NCBI GenBank assembly: GCA_041288095.1 | Contig: JBGGMJ010000150.1 | Location: forward strand, 1 to 41,630 | Origin: Myxococcota bacterium | Lineage (GTDB): Bacteria; Myxococcota; XYA12-FULL-58-9; JALHOP01 | Length of the DNA stretch: 41,630 nt | Direction of reading: 5' to 3' | Shown: positions 35,341 through 41,630 of the stretch, one piece after another | Numbering within the stretch: the stretch's first letter is position 1 | Layout of the letters: each line of letters starts with the position of its first letter | Translations under genes and position numbers: made by a program | Notes under the pieces: model-generated | What the model was told of the DNA's origin: nothing | Databases searched by the model: none | What the model saw: the letters and a program-made list of their open reading frames with translations, nothing else

Positions 35341-35682
35341 ATGTCGGGAGAACGAGTCGGTTCGAAGGGTGCAAAGACGGTCGGCTGGGAGAACGAAGGG
35401 GTCGTCGAGCGCGGCAACGACAAGCGTGTACGTGACAGCTTCGCCCAGGCGAAGGCGAGCGGGGCCGTGAAGCTCACGCCGCTGCAGCCGCACCAGGTGA
35501 CGGCGCTCAAGGCCGAGATGAACAGCGGCAGCAGGACGCACGGTGATCGCAGCGTCGACTTGGGTAACGGCGAACAGCTCATCCAGCGCAACGGCAAGGT
35601 CTATCTGCGCGCCGGCGAGCAATACAGCAGCGTCAGCGGCTATTCGTTTCCGCCGCTGCCCATGGCACAGGTCCGCTTCTAG
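35341..35682 (+). CDS. Small hypothetical protein (113 aa)
   Basis: SD GGAGAG before ATG 35341. Upstream GCCGATAC at 35280-35287. Confidence 0.65.
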   Translation: MSGERVGSKGAKTVGWENEGVVERGNDKRVRDSFAQAKASGAVKLTPLQPHQVTALKAEMNSGSRTHGDRSVDLGNGEQLIQRNGKVYLRAGEQYSSVSGYSFPPLPMAQVRF

Positions 35683-37745
35683 GGGCGGGTAGCGCTCGTC
35701 GGACCACCGAAGAGATCGCTCAAGGCGGTCGGGTCCCACAAGAGCGCCATTTTCTCGCGAGGCGTCAGAGTAGCGACGCCTTGCTCGAGCGCCTTGCGGC
35801 GCGCATCAGCGGCGAGCGGCGGCGGCGCGGTGCCGTCGAGCTCGTGCTGCGCGACCACCGCGAGATGCAGGGCGTGCGCCAGCGGATCGGTGATGACCCG
35901 CTCGAGACCCGCGGTCGGAAAGGCCGGCGGTGTGAGCTCGCGCGTTAGCGCCGCGACGCGCGCCACGACCGGCGGTGGCTCGGTCTCTTCGGGGATCAAG
36001 AAGAGCTTCAAGCGCTTGGCGGCAAGCCCCCACGAGGTGCGCGACGTGAACACCGACAGCGGCACCGAGAGCGCGAGTCCGGCGAGCACCGGCACCACCC
36101 AACCGATGAGCACCGGCGCCACCTTGTAGGTGATGTAGCCGAGACCGGCGCCGAAGAGCGTGTGCCAGCCGTGGGTGCGAACGGCCGTCCACCAGCTCGT
36201 GCTGTCTTCACCTCGGTTTTGCGTGCCCCAGCTCACGCTCACGCCGAGGAGCGTCGAGACCACGAAGAAAGTCTGGAAGAGCATCATCGTCGGCGCGAGC
36301 AACACCGAATAAACGCTCTCGACGAGGAAGCTCGCGAACGCCGCGAAGACACCGCCGACCTGGCGGCGCGTCGTGCGGTCCTTCAAGATGACCAGCAGAC
36401 CAAAGAGCTTCGGCAAGAAGAGCATCGCGAGCGACACGAAGAACAACGCTATAGCGGTCGAAGCGTCGAAGATCGGCCAGTCGGGGAAAAGGGTGCGCTG
36501 GTGATGCGGGAAGTAAACTGGCTCGATGCTCTTGTCCTGCTGCGCCACCAGCACGCCGGCCGCGAGAAACGACAGCCAAACAGGCGACGCGACGTATGAC
36601 ATGATGCCCATGATGAAGTGCATCCGGCTCATCGCGCGCATGCGGCTCGCGAACACCAAGCGAAGGTGCTGCAAGTTGCCCTGGCACCAGCGCTGGTCCC
36701 GCTTCGCGTAGTCGATGATGTTCGGCGGCATCTCCTCGTAGGAGCCGCCCATCTCCGGGATGAGCCAGACGGTGAAGCCGGCGCGGCGCATGAGCGCGGC
36801 CTCGACGAAGTCATGGCTCATGATGTGGCCGCCGAACGGGGGCTCGCCCGAGAGCACCGGCAGACCGCAGTGCTCCATGAAAGGCTGCGCGCGGATGATG
36901 GCGTTGTGTCCCCAGTAGTTCGAGTCGGAGCACAGCCACCACGACAGGCCGGCGGAATTCACGGGCCCGTAGATGCGGCTCGCGAACTGTTGCACGCGCG
37001 CGAACCAGGTGTTGCGGTTCACCACCGCGGGCGACGCCTGGATGATGCCGGCCTGTGGATTCGCGTCCATCAAGCGCACGAGATCGGAGAGCGCGTCACC
37101 CGACATGATGCTGTCGGCGTCGAGCACCAGCATGTAGGCGTAGCTCTTGCCGAACTGCTTCAAGAAGGACTCGATGTTGCCGCTCTTCTTGCCGACGTTG
37201 TCGCGACGTTTGCGATAGAAGATGCGTCCGTGGCCCTGGACGCGATCGCAGAGCGCCGCCCAAGCGAGCTCCTCGGCGACCCACGCGTCGGGCTGCGTCG
37301 AGTCGCTGAGCATGAAGAAATCGAAGGACTCGAGTGTTCCGCTATCGCGGACGCTTTCGTAGATCGCCTGCAGCTTGATGGTCACCGACAGGGGATCTTC
37401 GTTGTAGACCGGCATGACCACGGCGGTGCGCCCGACCAGGGCTGCCCTCGGAACCGCCCGGTCGGCCCGGACCAGGCCGGGGAGGCGGGGGCGGGTCATG
37501 AGCTGGAAGAAGCCGAACACCGAGCTCCAGAAGGAGAGGACCACCCAGGCGAAGCTCAGGGTGAACAGGGTGAGCATGGCCAGCTCTAAGTTCGTGATTC
37601 CTTTGACTTTAAAGAGGGCGTGCAGCTGCAGGGCCGCAGCCAAGGTCGAGACCGCTGCCAGGGAAAACACGACGAGACGGCGAACCAGCACCGGCAGCGC
37701 ACGTTCGGTTTGGGCTGGATGGGGAGTCGGCGTCACCCAGTGCAT
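35679..37745 (-). CDS. opgH: Glucan biosynthesis glucosyltransferase OpgH (short form)
   Basis: MPVYNED, LSDS, KKSGNI, VLDADS, YWGHNAIIR, SHDFVEAA, SYEE and RDQRWCQGN. The start could be GTG 37736. Confidence 0.95.
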   Translation of the reverse strand: MHWVTPTPHPAQTERALPVLVRRLVVFSLAAVSTLAAALQLHALFKVKGITNLELAMLTLFTLSFAWVVLSFWSSVFGFFQLMTRPRLPGLVRADRAVPRAALVGRTAVVMPVYNEDPLSVTIKLQAIYESVRDSGTLESFDFFMLSDSTQPDAWVAEELAWAALCDRVQGHGRIFYRKRRDNVGKKSGNIESFLKQFGKSYAYMLVLDADSIMSGDALSDLVRLMDANPQAGIIQASPAVVNRNTWFARVQQFASRIYGPVNSAGLSWWLCSDSNYWGHNAIIRAQPFMEHCGLPVLSGEPPFGGHIMSHDFVEAALMRRAGFTVWLIPEMGGSYEEMPPNIIDYAKRDQRWCQGNLQHLRLVFASRMRAMSRMHFIMGIMSYVASPVWLSFLAAGVLVAQQDKSIEPVYFPHHQRTLFPDWPIFDASTAIALFFVSLAMLFLPKLFGLLVILKDRTTRRQVGGVFAAFASFLVESVYSVLLAPTMMLFQTFFVVSTLLGVSVSWGTQNRGEDSTSWWTAVRTHGWHTLFGAGLGYITYKVAPVLIGWVVPVLAGLALSVPLSVFTSRTSWGLAAKRLKLFLIPEETEPPPVVARVAALTRELTPPAFPTAGLERVITDPLAHALHLAVVAQHELDGTAPPPLAADARRKALEQGVATLTPREKMALLWDPTALSDLFGGPTSATRP

Positions 37746-37865
37746 TTAACAAGGGGCCGGGCGCCTGTCAGTAGGCCGCGAAAACCTGACTCTCGTAAGC
37801 TCGTTTTGCCCCGGAAACCTTTGCACCTGACCCCGTGTGCAGGGAGAATTCGCGCTGCGAAAGCG

Positions 37866-40800
37866 ATGATCCCGACAGTCATTTCTCGGTTCGAATCTCA
37901 GGCCGACCGTACCCCAGACGCTCCTGCCGCCACGTTCCAAGGCGCGACGCTGAGCTATGCCCAGCTCGACGCCCGCGCCAACGGGCTCGCGGCCACGCTC
38001 CGCGAACGCGGAGTGGGACCTGACGTCGTGGTCGCCGTGTGCGTCCCGCGCTCGCTCGAGATGGCGGTCGCGGTGCTCGGCGTCTTGAAAGCCGGCGGTG
38101 CTTACGTGCCGCTCGACCCGGCGTATCCGCGCGAGCGCCTCAACGCGATGCTCGATGACGCCCGCGTCGAACACGTCGTGGGCCACAGCGCCACGGCGGA
38201 GCTCTTCGCCGGGCGTAACGCGATTCTGATGGACAACGACGCGCCGTATCCGCGGCGCGAGCGCTTGCCCATCGTCGCCGGGCTTTCGCACCTCGCCTAC
38301 GTGATCTTCACCTCGGGATCGACCGGGCGCCCCAAGGGCGTCGCCATGATCCATCACCCGCTCGCCAATCTCATCCAGTGGCAGCTCGAAGACTCGAAGG
38401 TCGGCGTTGGTGAGCGCACCTTGCAGTTCTCGCCGCTCGCCTTCGACGTCTCTTTCCAGGAGCTCTTCGGCACCTGGTGCGCGGGTGGCGAGCTCATGCT
38501 CGTCGACGAGGCCCTGCGGGTCGACACCGTGCGTCTGCTGCGCTTCATGAAAGAAGAGAGCATTGCCCGCGTATTCATGCCGTTCATCGCCATGCAGGCG
38601 CTCGCGGAGATCGTGCCGTCCCTCGAGCTGACGCCGTCTTCGCTACGCGAGATGATCACCGCTGGTGAGCAGCTGCAGGTGACGCCGCAGCTCGTCCGCT
38701 TCTTCGAGTCCGTGCCCGGCGTCACGCTCGCGAATCATTACGGCCCCTCCGAGACGCACGTGGTGACGGCGATGACGCTCGCCGGCGCGCCGTCGTCGTG
38801 GCCGAAGCTCCCGTCGATTGGCAAGGCGTTGCCGAACGTGACGACGCCCATTCTCGACGACAAGCAAAAGCCGGTGCCGGCGGGCGAAGTCGGCGAGCTC
38901 TACCTCGGCGGCGTGCATCTGGCGCGTGGCTATCTGCATCGGCCGGAGCTCACCTCCGAGCGCTTCGTCACCGTGAACGGCGAGCGGCTCTACAAGACCG
39001 GTGACCTCGCGCGCCTGCGGCCCGACGGTGAGATCGACTTCTTGGGTCGCGCCGACGGCCAGGTGAAGATTCGCGGCCATCGCGTCGAGCTCGGCGAGGT
39101 CGAGATCGCGGTCACCGAGCATCCCAAGGTCCGCCAAGCGGCTGCCGCTGTCCGCGATGGAAGACTGATCGCATACATGGTCGGCGACGACGACGGCACG
39201 CTGGCCGCGCAGGTCCGCGAACAGCTCGCGGGCAAGCTGCCTGCCTACATGGTGCCGACGAGCTTCGTCGTGCTCGCCGAGCTGCCGAAGACACCGAGCG
39301 GCAAGATCGACCGCAAGTCCTTGCCAGAACCGCCGCGGGTGCGGCCCGACCTCGCGACGCCGTGGGTGGCGCCCGAAGGTCCGGTAGAGGCCGCGATCGC
39401 CCAGCGCTGGGCGGACATCCTCAAGATCGACACCGTCGGCCGCGACGACAACTTCTTCGATCTCGGTGGCAACTCCCTGCTCGCGGTCCGCGCTATCGCG
39501 GAGCTGCGCGAGTCGCAGGGCGTCGACGTCCCCGTGGTCAAGCTCTACGAACAGCCTACGGTACGCGGTCTCGCCACCGCGGTCGCGGGGGGAAGCGGGT
39601 CCGAGCGGCAACCCGCCAAGGCAAAGAAGCGCCAGGTGACCGCCGAGCCGATTGCGATCGTGGGCATGGCGGCGCGTTATCCCGGTGCGCGCGACCTCGA
39701 TGCTTTCTGGAAGAACCTCGAGCAGGGGGTCGAGTCCATCGGACGCTTCGCGGAGCACGAGCTACCGCCCGCGCATCGCGGCCTGCCCGATTACGTGCCG
39801 GCGCGCGGCCTGCTCGAGGGCGTCGACCAGTTCGACGCCGCCTTCTTCGGGGTAACTCCGGGTGAAGCGTCCGTCCTCGATCCGCAGCAGCGCTTGTTGC
39901 TCGAGCTGGCATGGGAGGCGCTCGAGCATGCCGGCCACGCCCCGGAGCGCATCGCCGGCAGCGTCGGCGTGTTCGCGGGCACCCACGTCAACACGTATTT
40001 TCAGAATAATCTTTTCAAGAGACCCGAAATCGAAGCGCGCATCGGTGCGTTCAACGTCATGGTCGCGAGCGAGAAAGACTACGTCGCGACGCGCATCGCC
40101 CACCGCCTGTCGCTGACCGGCCCCGCCATCAGCGTCCACACCGCGTGCTCGACATCTCTCGTCGCCATCGCGCAAGCCGTCGACAGCCTGCACCTCGGCC
40201 ATTGCGACGTGGCGCTCGCTGGCGGCGCCGCGGTCACGGTGCCCCAGAAGGTGGGCCATGTCTTCGCCGACGGCGGCATCATGTCCAAGGATGGCAGCAC
40301 GCGCTCCTTCGACGCGCAGGGCTCCGGTACCGTATTCAGTGACGGTGGCGGCATGGTCGTCTTGAAGCGCCTCTCCGACGCCGAGCGCGACGGTGACACC
40401 ATCTATGCCTTGCTCGTCGGCACGGCGCTGAACAACGACGGTGGCGAGAAGGCGAGCTTCATGGCGCCGTCGTCGAGCGGCCAATCGGCGGTCGTCTCGT
40501 TGGCTCTCGATAACGCGGGCGTCAGCGCGCGCGACATCGATTATGTCGAGACCCACGGTACCGCGACTCCCATCGGCGACCCCATCGAGGTCGACGGACT
40601 CACCAAGGCCTACCGCAAGCACACCGATGACGTCGGCTATTGCGGGCTCGGCTCGGTGAAAACCAATATCGGGCACACGGTCGCCGCTGCCGGTGTCGCA
40701 GGTGTCATCAAGACGGCGCTGGCCTTGCATCACCAGCTGATCCCCGCGTCGCTGCACTTCGAGAAGCCCAATCCGGCGATCGACTTCCAGAGCAGCCCGT

Positions 40801-41630
40801 TCACCGTGGTGGCCAAGGCCAAGCGCTGGCCCCGCGGCGAGCGCACGCGCCTGGCCGGAGTCAGCTCCTTCGGCGTCGGCGGCACCAACGCGCACGTCAT
40901 CATGCGGGAAGCGCCGGTGGCGCCGGCCCGTGCGACGTCGTCTCGCAGCTACGTGCTGCCGCTCTCCGCGCGCAATGCCGAAGTGCTCGGTACCATGACG
41001 AACAGGCTGGCCGCTGCTTTAGCGGACGATTCGACGCCCATCGCGGACGTAGCGGCGACCCTTGCGCTCGGCCGCCGTGCCTTCGCCGAACGCCGCGCCC
41101 TAGTGGCGAGCACCCGCGACGAAGCCCTGACAGCCATCAAAGCGGGCGAAGCTCGTCGCATCATCACCCGCACTTTGCCTCCCAAGGCGGCGCACGTCGT
41201 CTTCATGTTCCCGGGACAGGGCTCGCAGACCGTGGGCATGGGCAAGAGGCTCTATGAGCGCTTCGGGGTCTTCCGCGCCGTGGTCGACGATTGCGCCGAG
41301 CGTCTGAAGTCGCACCTGGGCCGCGATCTTCGCGAGCTCATGTGGCCCGCGGCGTCCGTCGCGGCGGACACCGCGGCCGCGACCCTTCGCGACACCGCTG
41401 TCGCGCAATCGGCGCTCTTCACCATCGAGCTCGCCACCGCCAAGCTCTGGATGGACTTCGGTGTGGTTCCGACCGCGATGGTCGGGCACAGCGTCGGCGA
41501 GTTCGTCGCCGCATGTCTGTCGGGCGTCTTCTCCCTAGACGACGGGCTGCGCTTGGTCGCGACCCGCGGCCGTCTCATGGCCGGCATGCCGCCAGGCAGC
41601 ATGATGTCCGTGCGCATGGCCGAGGCCGAC
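37866..41630 (+). CDS. Hybrid NRPS/type I PKS, partial: A-PCP-KS-AT...
   Basis: Not in the ORF track (no stop in the window). A domain YVIFTSGSTGRPKG, HYGPSE and YKTGD; PCP FFDLGGNSL; KS VHTACSTS, HGT and NIGH; AT FPGQGSQ and GHSVGE. Confidence 0.95.
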   Translation, partial: MIPTVISRFESQADRTPDAPAATFQGATLSYAQLDARANGLAATLRERGVGPDVVVAVCVPRSLEMAVAVLGVLKAGGAYVPLDPAYPRERLNAMLDDARVEHVVGHSATAELFAGRNAILMDNDAPYPRRERLPIVAGLSHLAYVIFTSGSTGRPKGVAMIHHPLANLIQWQLEDSKVGVGERTLQFSPLAFDVSFQELFGTWCAGGELMLVDEALRVDTVRLLRFMKEESIARVFMPFIAMQALAEIVPSLELTPSSLREMITAGEQLQVTPQLVRFFESVPGVTLANHYGPSETHVVTAMTLAGAPSSWPKLPSIGKALPNVTTPILDDKQKPVPAGEVGELYLGGVHLARGYLHRPELTSERFVTVNGERLYKTGDLARLRPDGEIDFLGRADGQVKIRGHRVELGEVEIAVTEHPKVRQAAAAVRDGRLIAYMVGDDDGTLAAQVREQLAGKLPAYMVPTSFVVLAELPKTPSGKIDRKSLPEPPRVRPDLATPWVAPEGPVEAAIAQRWADILKIDTVGRDDNFFDLGGNSLLAVRAIAELRESQGVDVPVVKLYEQPTVRGLATAVAGGSGSERQPAKAKKRQVTAEPIAIVGMAARYPGARDLDAFWKNLEQGVESIGRFAEHELPPAHRGLPDYVPARGLLEGVDQFDAAFFGVTPGEASVLDPQQRLLLELAWEALEHAGHAPERIAGSVGVFAGTHVNTYFQNNLFKRPEIEARIGAFNVMVASEKDYVATRIAHRLSLTGPAISVHTACSTSLVAIAQAVDSLHLGHCDVALAGGAAVTVPQKVGHVFADGGIMSKDGSTRSFDAQGSGTVFSDGGGMVVLKRLSDAERDGDTIYALLVGTALNNDGGEKASFMAPSSSGQSAVVSLALDNAGVSARDIDYVETHGTATPIGDPIEVDGLTKAYRKHTDDVGYCGLGSVKTNIGHTVAAAGVAGVIKTALALHHQLIPASLHFEKPNPAIDFQSSPFTVVAKAKRWPRGERTRLAGVSSFGVGGTNAHVIMREAPVAPARATSSRSYVLPLSARNAEVLGTMTNRLAAALADDSTPIADVAATLALGRRAFAERRALVASTRDEALTAIKAGEARRIITRTLPPKAAHVVFMFPGQGSQTVGMGKRLYERFGVFRAVVDDCAERLKSHLGRDLRELMWPAASVAADTAAATLRDTAVAQSALFTIELATAKLWMDFGVVPTAMVGHSVGEFVAACLSGVFSLDDGLRLVATRGRLMAGMPPGSMMSVRMAEAD

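Noticed and set aside
540..41630. FkbH-ACP and the NRPS-PKS as one biosynthetic cluster
   Set aside because: They are separated by 35 kb of unrelated and housekeeping genes and are transcribed outward in opposite directions.
1..41630. CRISPR arrays, transposases, integrases, phage or defence genes
   Set aside because: No regularly spaced repeats or recognisable motifs were seen by eye.

Overview
High-GC bacterial DNA; the gene content suggests Myxococcota/Deltaproteobacteria (inference). From the left: a truncated GT-A-like gene, an FkbH-ACP fusion and tRNA-Gly(CCC), followed by a hairpin-dense 260-bp segment that ends in a degenerate copy of the tRNA 3' end. An accessory block (about 3-15 kb) contains a MepA-like murein endopeptidase, a pvcA-pvcB-FAD monooxygenase isonitrile cluster with a LysR-type box, a multicopper oxidase and M24 peptidase pair, an NlpC/P60 hydrolase and two large unknowns, one annexin-like. 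The centre is housekeeping: trxC, S9 peptidase, ROK kinase, glnA, a Cys/Met PLP enzyme, a KaiC-like ATPase plus receiver, and a his operon with a HisA-HisI-HisE fusion resembling fungal His4. The right side has rearranged opgG/opgH around alkA and the start of a hybrid NRPS-PKS (A with a Pro-like code, PCP, KS, AT) that runs off the window. The best novelty candidate is a dispersed set of genes whose products lack signal peptides, have low-complexity N-termini and sit behind sigma28/FliA-like promoter motifs, suggesting a co-regulated, possibly type III-exported effector set. All family calls come from motif reading and recall; no searches were run.
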